Of a DNA stretch of 64,000 nucleotides, positions 22,893 through 33,088 are shown one piece after another; position 1 is the stretch's first letter; each line of letters begins with the position of its first letter. Made by a program: the position numbers and the translations under genes. A model generated the notes under the pieces. It was not told the DNA's origin, searched no databases, and saw nothing but the letters and a program-made list of their open reading frames with translations. The DNA comes from Ruminococcus bicirculans (ex Wegman et al. 2014) (GTDB lineage Bacteria; Bacillota; Clostridia; Christensenellales; DTU072): assembly GCA_963642145.1 (NCBI GenBank), contig CAVIFU010000002.1, positions 9,023 through 73,022 of the forward strand. The letters are read 5' to 3'.

Positions 22893-23586
22893 ACGTTTTT
22901 ACGGTCAAAAGACAGGCAATGCGATAGTGCTCACCGGACGTGAGTACGTTCATTGCGTAAAGGTAACCCGCCATAAGACGGGTTATTTGATTATAGGGTG
23001 TATCGGAGACGGATACGATTATTACGCAAAGATAGTGTTGATAACGCCTGAAGAAGTTATTGCCGAGATCGAACGCGCCGAATTAAATGTAGCGGAGCCT
23101 AAGGAAGAACTAACACTCATACAAGGGTGTTGTAAAGAGTTCGATTTTATTTTGCAAAAAGCCGTAGAACTCGGCGCTACGCGTATAATTCCGTTCGAGT
23201 CGGCGCGGAGCAATTCCAAACCGCTCGGCGCAGATAGGGCGGAAAGCATCGTTCTCGACGCGTCTAAACAATGCGGACGCGCAACGCTTGCGGAAGTTAC
23301 CGAGCCGCAGCCGGATCTGCAGTCCGCGTTAGAACTTGCAAATAACTCAAAAATCAAGCTGATGTGCTACGAAGGAGAAAACAATATTCGAATAGCCGAC
23401 GTCGTAAACGAGAGCGGATCCGTAGCCGTGGTTATCGGACCGGAGGGCGGTTTTACGCCCGAAGAGGTCGCAGTCGCAGAACGGACGGGCTATACGGTCG
23501 TAACGCTCGGCAAGCGTATTTTGCGTGCGGAGACAGCTTCTTTGGTGGCTTTGACTCTTATCGAGCGCGAAGAGGGTGAGTTATGA
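22882..23586 (+). CDS. rsmE: 16S rRNA (uracil1498-N3)-methyltransferase RsmE
   Basis: SPOUT C-terminal motif VVIGPEGGFTPEE and ILRAETA. Confidence 0.88.
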   Translation: MELKRFYGQKTGNAIVLTGREYVHCVKVTRHKTGYLIIGCIGDGYDYYAKIVLITPEEVIAEIERAELNVAEPKEELTLIQGCCKEFDFILQKAVELGATRIIPFESARSNSKPLGADRAESIVLDASKQCGRATLAEVTEPQPDLQSALELANNSKIKLMCYEGENNIRIADVVNESGSVAVVIGPEGGFTPEEVAVAERTGYTVVTLGKRILRAETASLVALTLIEREEGEL

Positions 23587-24836
23587 GTAAAAAAGCGGTA
23601 GTTTTCAATTTGGGCTGCAAGGTAAATCAATATGAGTGCGACGTCATATCCGCGGGACTCAGAGCACGCGGATACGAAACAACGGAGACTCTTGAATATG
23701 CAGACGTATATGTCGTAAATACGTGTGCGGTCACGGCGGAAGCAGAACGTAAATCGCGGCAGGTTATAGCAAGATTCCGTAAATTCAATCCGGAAGCCAA
23801 GATTTTCGTTACGGGCTGCGCTTCGCAAAAAAATGCCGATTTTTACGTGGAAAAGGGCGTGACTTACGTGTCGGGAGTCGGTGGCAAGAATAAGATATTT
23901 GAGCTTTGCGATCAAGGCGAGGCGGACAACAGAGTAGAACTTCCTACGAAATACGAAGAACTCGAATACTCTCCGGAAGGAGACCGTACGCGTTCGTATG
24001 TGAAGATTCAGGACGGGTGTAATAATTTTTGCTCGTATTGCATAATTCCGTATCTGAGGGGCAGATCTCGTTCGCGTAGCGTCGAGTCATGCGTTAAGGA
24101 AATAGAAACTCTCGCAAAAAATACTCCGGAGATAGTCATAACCGGCGTCAATTTAGCGCAATACGGCATAGATACGGGAGAAAGTTTAGCTTCTCTCATG
24201 CGTGCGATAGCGCATGTGAATGTCCGTATACGTCTGGGCTCTTTCTATGTAGAGGGAGTCAACGACGAGTTGCTTGGCGCGTTACGAGATCTAAAAGACT
24301 TTTGTCCGCAGTTCCATCTATCGTTGCAAAACGGCGATGACGGCGTTTTGAAGGACATGAACCGCCATTACGGCACCGCCGAATACAAAGATAAAGTTGC
24401 GTTAATCCGCAAATATTTTCCGATTTCCGCAATTACCACCGACGTAATTATCGGGTATCCGACGGAAACGGACGAAGCTTTCGAGAACACTCTGAATTTT
24501 GTCAAAGACGTTGGATTTTCGGATTTACACATATTCCCGTTTTCACCGAGAGAGGGCACGGTTGCTTGGCGCTTGAAGCCGCTTGCACCGCAAATTATAG
24601 ACAAACGCAAAGAAAAATTGGAAGCCGTAAGGGAAATTTTACGTAAAAATTTTATAGATAAGATGCTCGAAATTCCCCAAAAAGTCGTCTTTGAGCGGGT
24701 AAAAAACGGATATGCCGAGGGTTATAGCCAATATTATGTTCGAGTTTATTTACAAACGGATAAAAAGTATGCTATAATTTATCCGACCGCTCGAATATTC
24801 GACGGAATAACCGGAGAAATCAGAGATGATAGATAA
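23583..24836 (+). CDS. mtaB: tRNA t6A37 methylthiotransferase MtaB (YqeV-like)
   Basis: N-terminal NLGCKVNQYE, radical SAM CNNFCSYCIIP and a C-terminal TRAM-like region. Its position after rsmE matches Bacillus yqeV. Confidence 0.85.
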   Translation: MSKKAVVFNLGCKVNQYECDVISAGLRARGYETTETLEYADVYVVNTCAVTAEAERKSRQVIARFRKFNPEAKIFVTGCASQKNADFYVEKGVTYVSGVGGKNKIFELCDQGEADNRVELPTKYEELEYSPEGDRTRSYVKIQDGCNNFCSYCIIPYLRGRSRSRSVESCVKEIETLAKNTPEIVITGVNLAQYGIDTGESLASLMRAIAHVNVRIRLGSFYVEGVNDELLGALRDLKDFCPQFHLSLQNGDDGVLKDMNRHYGTAEYKDKVALIRKYFPISAITTDVIIGYPTETDEAFENTLNFVKDVGFSDLHIFPFSPREGTVAWRLKPLAPQIIDKRKEKLEAVREILRKNFIDKMLEIPQKVVFERVKNGYAEGYSQYYVRVYLQTDKKYAIIYPTARIFDGITGEIRDDR

Positions 24837-25173
24837 TAATTGTATATTTTGCAAGTTAGCAAACGGAGTAATTCCGACAAAAAAATATTATGAAGACGAG
24901 GATATGGTAATTATTGCAGACCAAGCTCCGCAAGCGGAGAAGCACTATTTACTTATCCCCAAAAATCACTACGCCGACATTACCGAGATGACGGAAGAAG
25001 ATGCCGTTACGTTAGGGAAGTGTCTTAAAAAGCTCGGCACGATTGCGGACGATTTAGGTCTCAGCGACGGATTCAGGCTTGTATCCAATAAGGGCGAAAA
25101 CGGTTGCCAAACCGTTAAGCACTTGCACATACATATTCTCGGAGGAGAAAAACTTGCCGACAAAATGGCATAA
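24826..25173 (+). CDS. HIT family (histidine triad) nucleotide hydrolase
   Basis: Histidine triad HLHIHILGG, 115 aa. Confidence 0.9.
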   Translation: MIDNNCIFCKLANGVIPTKKYYEDEDMVIIADQAPQAEKHYLLIPKNHYADITEMTEEDAVTLGKCLKKLGTIADDLGLSDGFRLVSNKGENGCQTVKHLHIHILGGEKLADKMA

Positions 25174-25196
25174 TTCAAATCGCTACGGAGAAAGAT

Positions 25197-27887
25197 ATGC
25201 TTAGATTAGTAAATGTAACAAAAACTTACGATATGGGCGAATATCGAGTAAACGCACTCAGGGGCGTTTCACTTGCTTTCAGAGAATGCGAATTCGTATC
25301 GATCATAGGCGCGTCCGGTTGCGGTAAGTCTACTATGCTGAACATTATAGGCGGTTTGGACAGATACACGACCGGCGATTTAATAATAGGCGATACCTCG
25401 ACAAAAGAGTTTAAGGATGAGCAATGGGACGCATACCGCAATGCGACAATCGGCTTTATTTTCCAAAGCTACAACCTCATACCGCATCTTACCGTTTTGG
25501 AGAACGTTGCGCTGGCGTTGAGCCTTTCCGGCGTAGACAAAGCCGAGCGTAACCGTCGTTCGATAGAAGCTCTTGAAAAGGTAGGACTCGGTGATGAGCT
25601 GAAAAAGAAACCTTCTCAACTCAGCGGCGGACAAATGCAGAGGGTTGCCATAGCCAGAGCTCTCGTCAACAATCCGAAAATCGTTCTTGCAGACGAACCG
25701 ACCGGTGCTCTCGACAGCGAACTGAGCGTTCAGGTAATGGAAGTGCTCAAAGAAGTTGCAAAGGACAGGCTTGTAATTATGGTTACCCACAACAACGAGC
25801 TTGCCAACGAGTACAGCACGCGTATTGTCCGATTGAAGGACGGACATGTAGAGTACGATACCATGCCGTACAGCTTGGAGGAAGAGGCGGCAGAATACGC
25901 GACAAAAGAGGACTCTGCCTGCAGTAGCGCGCCCGTAGAAAACGATACGGTGGAGAATACGAAGAAGAGTAGATCTCCCGTAGATTTTCTGAATAAGCTC
26001 GGAATAGGTGGCGGCAAAAAAAAGAAATGCAAAGGAAAATCTCCCTTCAAAGCTACTTCGATGAAAGCAAAAACGGCGTTTAGTTTGTCGTTTAAGAATT
26101 TGACTACAAAAAAACGTCGCACTTTCCTTACATCTTTTGCCGGGAGTATAGGTATCATAAGCCTTGCGTTGGTTTTGGCGATGTCAAACGGATTTAACGT
26201 ATTCATCGATAGCATGCAAACCACAATCTTGGCTACCGTCCCGATAAGCGTGTACGAGTATTCTATCGATTACACGGTTATGACGGATATGTTTGAAAAT
26301 TACGCCGACGAGGTCACTCCCGGCGAATATCCGGACGAAAAAGTCGCTTACATACAGGGCACGGGCGCCAGTGCGACAAGCGACGGCATATCGAGTTTGC
26401 TCGGTACCATACAAAATTCAATATCGACAAACGATATTTCGACCGATTTTGTAGAGTATCTCGGACAAATGGATAAGAGTTTGTACAAAGCCCTCAATAT
26501 GTATTACGGCGTATCCATGAACGTATTGACAAAATCGTTAAATGATGACGGCGACACCGTATACGGCAAAGCCGCTCTCAAAAACGAAGCGACAACGGCT
26601 TTAACCATTGCTTCGCAAGTTCTCGGCGATAACGGATTGCAGACGAAGAATTGGTATCAGCTTGTGGGCGACGAAAATTTCGTATTGGAGTACTATGACC
26701 TTATAGACGGTAGCTATCCCAAATCGAAAGAAGAGGTCGTGTTGGTTGTCGACGGCAACAACAGCATAAGCGCAGAGGCTCTCAAATTGTTCGGATTTGA
26801 CGTTTACGAAAGAGATGAAAACGGCAAAGTCGTGCATAGCGAAAACGGCAACAGATATTATAAAGACGGAATCTCATTTGAAGACATATACAAACAAGAG
26901 CTGAAACTTGTGCACAATAACGACTATTATACGCAGGATCCCGATAACGAAAGTCATTATGTAGAAAACACAGTGAACGAGAAGTTGTTTAATAATGACT
27001 CGAATCTTACGCTTAAAGTCGTAGGCGTCTTGCGTAGTAAGCCCAAGGCGTCCGTAGCTACATTGGGAACGGCGCTTTGTTATACGCCCGCACTCGCGAA
27101 GTACGTTGTCGAGAACGCGCACGAATCCAAAGTTGCCAAAGCCCAAGCGGAGTTGTTGAAAAATGAAGAAACAAAAGATCAATGTGTAATTGATTTGGGC
27201 GGCACAGATCACTACAATTTGCCGCAAGACGCTTCGATTACAAAAGATAGCAGCGCATTACTTGGTATAACTGGATTTGCAACCAATGGACTTCAACGCA
27301 CTCGCGTCCTTAAGGCTCTCGGCGTAGATACGACTCCCGTATATATAAATATCTATCCGACCAATTTTGATACCAAAAGTCAAATAACCGATTACGTCGA
27401 CGCTTGGAACGAAAATGGCGGTGACATAAACTACTTTGACGTTTCGGAAATGTTTATACATAATATGCGTACAATCGTGGATTTGATGACATATGTATTG
27501 CTCGGAATGGCGTCGATATCACTTATTGTTTCGTCCGTAATGATTTCCATCATAACAGGTAACTCGGTAGTGGAACGCACAAGGGAAATCGGTATACTCA
27601 GGAGCTTGGGCGCAAGGAAGAGGGATATATCGCGAGTGTTCGATGCGGAGACCTCGATACTCGGTTTGTATTCCGGATTGCTCGGAATAGGCATAGCGTA
27701 CGCGCTGGTGCCGTTTGCCAACTTCCTGATCGAGCGTAACGCAGGCGTCAGCGGACTAATGGTACTTAGCCCGTTGCATGCCGTGCTGTTGGTTATTCTC
27801 AGTTTGACGCTGACGGTTATCAGCGGATTGGTGCCAAGCCAAGTGGCGGCGCACAAGAATGTAGTCGACGCATTACGCATAGAATAA
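25197..27887 (+). CDS. Fused ABC transporter ATP-binding protein / FtsX-family permease (MacB-like)
   Basis: N-terminal NBD with Walker A GASGCGKST, signature LSGGQMQRV and Walker B IVLADEPTG. A Lys-rich linker (GGGKKKKCKGKS) follows, then TM1 (FAGSIGIISLALVLA), a roughly 440-aa predicted extracytoplasmic region and a C-terminal FtsX-type 3-TM bundle. Confidence 0.85.
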   Translation: MLRLVNVTKTYDMGEYRVNALRGVSLAFRECEFVSIIGASGCGKSTMLNIIGGLDRYTTGDLIIGDTSTKEFKDEQWDAYRNATIGFIFQSYNLIPHLTVLENVALALSLSGVDKAERNRRSIEALEKVGLGDELKKKPSQLSGGQMQRVAIARALVNNPKIVLADEPTGALDSELSVQVMEVLKEVAKDRLVIMVTHNNELANEYSTRIVRLKDGHVEYDTMPYSLEEEAAEYATKEDSACSSAPVENDTVENTKKSRSPVDFLNKLGIGGGKKKKCKGKSPFKATSMKAKTAFSLSFKNLTTKKRRTFLTSFAGSIGIISLALVLAMSNGFNVFIDSMQTTILATVPISVYEYSIDYTVMTDMFENYADEVTPGEYPDEKVAYIQGTGASATSDGISSLLGTIQNSISTNDISTDFVEYLGQMDKSLYKALNMYYGVSMNVLTKSLNDDGDTVYGKAALKNEATTALTIASQVLGDNGLQTKNWYQLVGDENFVLEYYDLIDGSYPKSKEEVVLVVDGNNSISAEALKLFGFDVYERDENGKVVHSENGNRYYKDGISFEDIYKQELKLVHNNDYYTQDPDNESHYVENTVNEKLFNNDSNLTLKVVGVLRSKPKASVATLGTALCYTPALAKYVVENAHESKVAKAQAELLKNEETKDQCVIDLGGTDHYNLPQDASITKDSSALLGITGFATNGLQRTRVLKALGVDTTPVYINIYPTNFDTKSQITDYVDAWNENGGDINYFDVSEMFIHNMRTIVDLMTYVLLGMASISLIVSSVMISIITGNSVVERTREIGILRSLGARKRDISRVFDAETSILGLYSGLLGIGIAYALVPFANFLIERNAGVSGLMVLSPLHAVLLVILSLTLTVISGLVPSQVAAHKNVVDALRIE

Positions 27888-27907
27888 AAGCCCTTAGAAA
27901 TAAACGA

Positions 27908-27934
27908 AACCGCCGATTTGCGTCGGCGGTTTTT
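27908..27934. terminator. Rho-independent terminator shared by the convergent ABC gene and rpsU
   Basis: 9-bp stem AACCGCCGA / TCGGCGGTT with a 6-nt loop, followed by TTTTT on the + strand. A partial T-run is present on the minus strand. Confidence 0.7.
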
Positions 27935-28004
27935 GTATGCAGGCTTTGTCCGAGTAGGGGATGAAGAAAAAAGAATACCGAGCATTGACTCGGTATTTGT
28001 ATAA

Positions 28005-28181
28005 CTATTTATACATTCTTTTGCGTGCAGCTTCGGCTTTCTTTTTGCGACGAACGCTGGGCTTCTCGTATGCTTCCTTACGACGGAGGTCTCCGATAAT
28101 ACCGTCGTTGGCGCATTTCTTCTTCCATCTGCGGATGGCGGAATCAAGAGTTTCATTCTCTTTTACGATAACGGTTGACAT
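28005..28181 (-). CDS. rpsU: 30S ribosomal protein S21
   Basis: [27 protein letters not shown]..., basic C-terminus, 58 aa. GGAGG lies 9 nt upstream of the ATG at 28181. The ORF-track start at 28190 is a GTG inside the RBS spacer. Confidence 0.9.
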   Translation of the reverse strand: MSTVIVKENETLDSAIRRWKKKCANDGIIGDLRRKEAYEKPSVRRKKKAEAARKRMYK

Positions 28182-28213
28182 TATATTCACCTCCTTCGGT
28201 TTTAATCGTTAAT

Positions 28214-28242
28214 ATGATACATTATTCGGCGCGCTTTGTCAA
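28214..28242 (-). promoter_or_regulatory. Candidate sigmaA promoter for rpsU
   Basis: On the minus strand: TTGACA (28242-28237), 17-nt spacer, TATCAT (28219-28214). Confidence 0.55.
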
Positions 28243-28421
28243 CGATAAACTGCTTATTTTTGAAATTGTCGAATAGTTGCGCGAGCATGACGGCATATTT
28301 AACCGATTGATGTGGTTAAGAGCTCCATTACAAGATTTTTTGTCGAATTTTGCCTAAAATGTTCGTGAGCCGATTTTATAAAGTATAATCTAAATAATAC
28401 TTTCGATTAAGGAGATACAAA

Positions 28422-28772
28422 ATGAAATCCAATTGTTCCAAGAGAAGCGATCTCATCAAAGAAGCGCGTGAAAGATTTACAAGGGGCGATTACGCGACCT
28501 TGCGCAAGTTGCGCGAAATACGTTGCGACGGCAAGATCGTATATCTTGCAAACAGACTGTTGACTCCCGAAGAATTGTTTGAGTATTATGACTATGTTGA
28601 GCGCGTCCAATCATCCGCTACTTTTGTTACGGACGTTATAGGTAAACTTATAGATCACAAGATCTATGAATCGCTATGCAAAGAAGGGAGAGAAAAGTAT
28701 GTATTGGAAGTTGCGGAATTATATTGCTATTTGCTCGGAGTATATAAAATCAAGCATGGTGCGTCATCTTGA
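28422..28772 (+). CDS. Hypothetical protein (116 aa, no recognisable domain)
   Basis: Strong RBS AAGGAG placed 8 nt before the ATG. The product is predicted soluble and helical-looking (charged N-terminus, EELFEYYDYVERV). I recognise no family motifs. Confidence 0.55.
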   Translation: MKSNCSKRSDLIKEARERFTRGDYATLRKLREIRCDGKIVYLANRLLTPEELFEYYDYVERVQSSATFVTDVIGKLIDHKIYESLCKEGREKYVLEVAELYCYLLGVYKIKHGASS

Positions 28773-28850
28773 TAAGAATTATTCAATAATTTAAGGAAAA
28801 GCAATGCGCGAATTCGTAAATACATTTGTTAAAAGGAGATGTTTAACAAT

Positions 28851-30581
28851 ATGGCAAGGTTCCCGGAACGGTGGTTGGAGGACCTTAAGTTGCGGTCCGA
28901 CATAGTTTCCGTTTTGAGTAAGTTCATATACTTACAGCGTCGTGGCAGCAAGTATTGGGCTTGCTGTCCTTTTCATAACGAAAAAACGCCATCTTTTGTC
29001 ATAAATCCCGAAGAACAGTACTATTATTGCTATGGTTGCCACAAAAGCGGCAATGTAATTACGTTTTTGATGGAACATGAGCATATGTCTTACGGCGATG
29101 CGGTAGAATGGTTGGCGCGGGAAGCCCATATGGATGTCCCCGAAAACGATGATCCCGAATTCCAAGAGCGCCAAATCAAAAGAGAAAAGCTTGTAGCCGT
29201 AAACAGAGCCGCCGCACAATACTTTTATTCTTGCCTAAAACGTAGTGACGCGCGCGAAGTTCTCGACTATATGGACAAAAGGGGCTTGAGTAGTGAAACT
29301 CGTATAATATTCGGTCTCGGATATTCTCCCGACGGATACGGGCTGCTTAATACGCTTACCAAAGCCGGTTTTTCCAAGGAAACGATGATTTCTGCAGGAC
29401 TTGTAAACGAAGACGGCTACGATCCGTTGGCAAAACGCATGATAATTCCGATAATCAATGCAAGAGGGCAGGTCGTCGGATTCGGAGGCAGGACTCTCCA
29501 AAAGGACGCGAAGCCCAAATATCGCAACACCAAAGGCACGTTACTTTTTGATAAACGCAGAAATTTATATAATATCAACCTGTTCAAAAAAACGCAGACC
29601 GAAGAGAAGCATACGTCAGTAATACTTACGGAAGGCTACATGGACGTCATAAGTCTATATCAAGGCGGTATACACAACGTCGTAGCGTCTATGGGCACCG
29701 CTCTTACTCCGGAGCAGTGTAGGGAAATGCATAAGTATGTGCCACTCGTATACGTTTGTTATGACGGCGACTCCGCAGGACAAAATGCAACGTGGAGATC
29801 GCTTGATTTGTTGGTAGAAGAGGGCTTGGAAGTCAAAGTAATGTCCTTACCCGACGGTATGGATCCGGACGATACAATCAAAAAAACGGGCGTAGAGGGT
29901 TTCCGTAAGCTTATGCGAGAAGCACTACCGCTCAATGAGTTCAAAATAAGGACCATAGCCTCCAAATACGACGTAAAAACCATTGACGGACGAGAAAAGT
30001 TTGCAAGAGCCACGTTGCCTGTGTTGACCGAAATGGACGCCATTTCGCGCGAAACATATTCTAAACTTGTGTCCGACATAAGCGGCTTGAGTAGCGACAG
30101 TCTTTTAGCTTCGGTAGGAAGCGCAACGGAGGCAGATGTGTCGGCGCGCAACAAGACGCGCGATAGATCCGAAGGCGATTCGGACTTAGGCGTACGTAGA
30201 TTTGTGCTGGCGTCGGCTATCGAGCTTAAAGACTATGTCAAAATCGAAGATTTAAAGGAATATTACTTTAATTCGGATGTACACAAAGCCATATACAAGT
30301 ACATAAGGGAAAGAATGGAGAAAAAAGATCATCCGCCGCGTAAAGGCGATTTGTTTGATTTGGCGGAAGACGGGAACGCCGAAATTGCGGAAGTGATCGC
30401 GTCGACGGAAAAGGTTGCCGTCGATAAACAAGCAGAGTTTTACAAGGCTTGCATAAACAAACTTGAAAGAGAAACAAGTCAAGCCGAGATACAGCGCATC
30501 GTGGAAGAATTGAAAACGGCGCAAGGCGAACAAAAAACGGCATTGGAAAGAGAACTTATGCTAAAACTAAATAAAAAGTAA
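28851..30581 (+). CDS. dnaG: DNA primase DnaG
   Basis: Zinc-binding [20 protein letters not shown], and TOPRIM motifs EGYMDV and DGDSAGQNA. The ATG at 28851 is preferred over 28839, which abuts the RBS. Confidence 0.92.
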   Translation: MARFPERWLEDLKLRSDIVSVLSKFIYLQRRGSKYWACCPFHNEKTPSFVINPEEQYYYCYGCHKSGNVITFLMEHEHMSYGDAVEWLAREAHMDVPENDDPEFQERQIKREKLVAVNRAAAQYFYSCLKRSDAREVLDYMDKRGLSSETRIIFGLGYSPDGYGLLNTLTKAGFSKETMISAGLVNEDGYDPLAKRMIIPIINARGQVVGFGGRTLQKDAKPKYRNTKGTLLFDKRRNLYNINLFKKTQTEEKHTSVILTEGYMDVISLYQGGIHNVVASMGTALTPEQCREMHKYVPLVYVCYDGDSAGQNATWRSLDLLVEEGLEVKVMSLPDGMDPDDTIKKTGVEGFRKLMREALPLNEFKIRTIASKYDVKTIDGREKFARATLPVLTEMDAISRETYSKLVSDISGLSSDSLLASVGSATEADVSARNKTRDRSEGDSDLGVRRFVLASAIELKDYVKIEDLKEYYFNSDVHKAIYKYIRERMEKKDHPPRKGDLFDLAEDGNAEIAEVIASTEKVAVDKQAEFYKACINKLERETSQAEIQRIVEELKTAQGEQKTALERELMLKLNKK

Positions 30582-30600
30582 TTTGTTACAGGAGAACAAA

Positions 30601-31668
30601 ATGCCAGATAAAGAAGCAAGAGTAAAATTAGAGATACAAAGAGTCGTAGATTATTACAAGGAAAAAGATGTAAAAAATATCAACGAAGAAGATCTCTTAA
30701 ATAAAGTAGAGAAGCTTGATCTCGAACCGCAAGATATAGAGAACCTATACAAAGAGCTTGAATCCGTAGGCATATCCGTCAAGGAGCAATCCGAGACAAA
30801 AAACGACCAACTGCTCCAAAAGATAATGAACGAAGTCAACATAGATGACTCCGTCAAAATGTATCTCAAAGATATAGGCAGAGTACCGCTTCTTTCGGGA
30901 GAAGAGGAATTGAAGCTTGCCAAAGAGATGTCGGAAGGCAGTGCGGAAGCCAAAGAAAAGCTGATAAACGCGAATCTGCGTTTGGTGGTAAGTATAGCCA
31001 AAAGATATGTCGGCAGAGGAATGGCGTTTTTGGATCTTATCCAAGAGGGTAACCTCGGATTGATGAAAGCGGTAGACAAATTCGATTATACAAAAGGATT
31101 TAAGTTTTCCACTTATGCCACATGGTGGATTCGTCAGGCGATAACGCGTTCAATAGCAGACCAAGCGCGTACAATACGTATTCCCGTGCACATGGTTGAG
31201 ACTATAAACAAACTTGTCAAAGTCTCTCGAAACCTCCTCCAGCAATTGGGAAGAGAACCGACTACCGAGGAAATAGCGGAAGCCATGGGCATATCGGAAG
31301 CGCGAGTTATGGAAATACAAAAAATAGCGCAAGATCCCGTCTCGCTTGAATCCCCCATAGGCGAGGAAGAAGACAGTCACCTCGGAGATTTCGTAGTGGA
31401 CGACAAGGCTGTCGCGCCTGTAGACGCAGCCGAGTCCAATATGTTGAAAGAGCAAGTAAACGAAATTTTGGGAACATTGCTTCCGAGAGAAGCGATGGTG
31501 CTGATTTTGCGTTATGGCTTACGTGACAACAGACCACGCACGTTGGAAGAAGTCGGCAAGGTCTTTAACGTAACGCGTGAAAGAATACGTCAAATTGAGG
31601 CAAAAGCTTTGCGTAGGCTAAAGCACCCGAACAAAACCAAAAAATTGCGTGATTTTCTGGATAAATAG
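30601..31668 (+). CDS. rpoD: Primary RNA polymerase sigma factor (SigA/RpoD)
   Basis: Region 2 motifs [12 protein letters not shown] and [12 protein letters not shown], region 4 motif [20 protein letters not shown]. The ATG at 30601 follows AGGAG, and the ORF-track TTG at 30583 was trimmed. Confidence 0.94.
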   Translation: MPDKEARVKLEIQRVVDYYKEKDVKNINEEDLLNKVEKLDLEPQDIENLYKELESVGISVKEQSETKNDQLLQKIMNEVNIDDSVKMYLKDIGRVPLLSGEEELKLAKEMSEGSAEAKEKLINANLRLVVSIAKRYVGRGMAFLDLIQEGNLGLMKAVDKFDYTKGFKFSTYATWWIRQAITRSIADQARTIRIPVHMVETINKLVKVSRNLLQQLGREPTTEEIAEAMGISEARVMEIQKIAQDPVSLESPIGEEEDSHLGDFVVDDKAVAPVDAAESNMLKEQVNEILGTLLPREAMVLILRYGLRDNRPRTLEEVGKVFNVTRERIRQIEAKALRRLKHPNKTKKLRDFLDK

Positions 31669-32318
31669 TGATTAAGCTCGACAAAAGGCTGTCTTGCTTA
31701 TTGCAAGAAATCGACGGCGATGTTTTGGCAGATATAGGATGCGATCACGGCAAACTATCGGTGTCGGCGGTTTTGAGCGGCAAAGCAAAAAGTGTTATAG
31801 CCGTTGATATAAGCAAAGAGAGCCTCGGTAAAACAATTAAACTTGCATCCGAATACGGAGTCGGAGAAAAAATAAGCTGTCGCGTAGGAGACGGCTTTTC
31901 ACCTATTTCGGAGGATGTGGACACCGCCGTTATAGCCGGAGTCGGAGGGTACGAAATAGCTGCAATTTTGGACGGACAAACATATTCGGCAAAAAGGCTT
32001 GTGCTATGTCCGCATCAAAACCCGTCGGAGGCTCGCAAAGCTTTGGACAAACACGGCTACACAGCCGTCAAAGATTATATAATCGATTGCTCCGGCAAGT
32101 TTTATCCAATAATAGTGGCGGATAAACAAAAAGAGCTCATCCCGTATAAGCAAGAAGAGTTAAGATTCGGCAAAAATATACCGGCAACACGGGAATACGC
32201 AGATATGCTGTCGGCTCGCAAACAAGCGTTGGACGCGAGGTTTGCCGAGCACACGGTGACGTCTAAGTGTATGATAGAAGAATATGAAGAGGTAAAAAAT
32301 CTGTTATGCTCAAAGTAG
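31668..32318 (+). CDS. trmK: tRNA (adenine22-N1)-methyltransferase TrmK (YqfN-like)
   Basis: ADIGCDHGKL motif. Its position after sigA matches Bacillus yqfN. The GTG start overlaps the rpoD stop by 1 nt. Confidence 0.8.
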   Translation: MIKLDKRLSCLLQEIDGDVLADIGCDHGKLSVSAVLSGKAKSVIAVDISKESLGKTIKLASEYGVGEKISCRVGDGFSPISEDVDTAVIAGVGGYEIAAILDGQTYSAKRLVLCPHQNPSEARKALDKHGYTAVKDYIIDCSGKFYPIIVADKQKELIPYKQEELRFGKNIPATREYADMLSARKQALDARFAEHTVTSKCMIEEYEEVKNLLCSK

Positions 32319-33079
32319 AAAACGTGGTAAAAGCAATAGAAGCTTTCGCGCCGCTTGATATACAGGCGGAGTATGACAATTCCGGATTGCTGTTCGGCGA
32401 CCCTCAATGGGAAATCAAAGGCATACTCGTTACCCTCGATAACTCGGAAGAAGCCGTCAAAGAGGCGATAGAAAAGGGGTGCAATATGATAGTGGAGCAC
32501 CACCCAAGCATATTCTTGCCCGTAAAAAAAATAAATTTATCCGTTCCGAAGCAACGTGCGCTTGCTCTTGCTATAAAAAACGATATAGCGATATACAGCG
32601 CGCATACGACGGTTGATTTTACGGTAGGCGGACTTAACGATAAAGTTGCCGAGATGTTGGGACTCGAAAACATCGTAAACGCAGACAATTCACCGTCCGG
32701 CGCAAGAATAGGCAGACTGAAAAGTCCTATGGCGTTAGATGCGTTTGCTAAGCGGGTAGCGGAAGTTTTCGACGACAAACATTCGTTTTATGTCGGAGAT
32801 AAGGACGCCGTTGTGCGTACCGTAGCGGTAATCAACGGAGCCGGTGGCGGGTCCGAGTCCGTAATATTCGAGCTCAAAAACGCCGGAACCGACGTATTGA
32901 TTACTTCCGAGTATAAATATAACGTCATAAGGTTGGCAAAAGACCTCGGATATGCTATAATATCCGTTGGACATTATGATAGCGAAGCGCCTTTTTGCAA
33001 TTTGATAAAAGACGTTTTGCACAAAGACGACATCGGTTGCGTTTTCGTAGCGGAAACCGGCACAAATCCCGTAAATTAG
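32306..33079 (+). CDS. Nif3-like dinuclear metal centre protein (YqfO/GTP cyclohydrolase 1 type 2 homologue)
   Basis: NMIVEHHP, YSAHTTVD and SVGHYDSE motifs. Conserved trmK-nif3 adjacency. Confidence 0.85.
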   Translation: MLKVENVVKAIEAFAPLDIQAEYDNSGLLFGDPQWEIKGILVTLDNSEEAVKEAIEKGCNMIVEHHPSIFLPVKKINLSVPKQRALALAIKNDIAIYSAHTTVDFTVGGLNDKVAEMLGLENIVNADNSPSGARIGRLKSPMALDAFAKRVAEVFDDKHSFYVGDKDAVVRTVAVINGAGGGSESVIFELKNAGTDVLITSEYKYNVIRLAKDLGYAIISVGHYDSEAPFCNLIKDVLHKDDIGCVFVAETGTNPVN

Positions 33080-33088
33080 GAGGGCACA

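Noticed and set aside
27431-28156. A 241-aa minus-strand ORF bridging the 3' end of the ABC permease, the terminator and most of rpsU.
   Set aside because: It runs through a strong bidirectional terminator and overlaps rpsU in another frame. Its basic, low-complexity translation is not credible as a gene.
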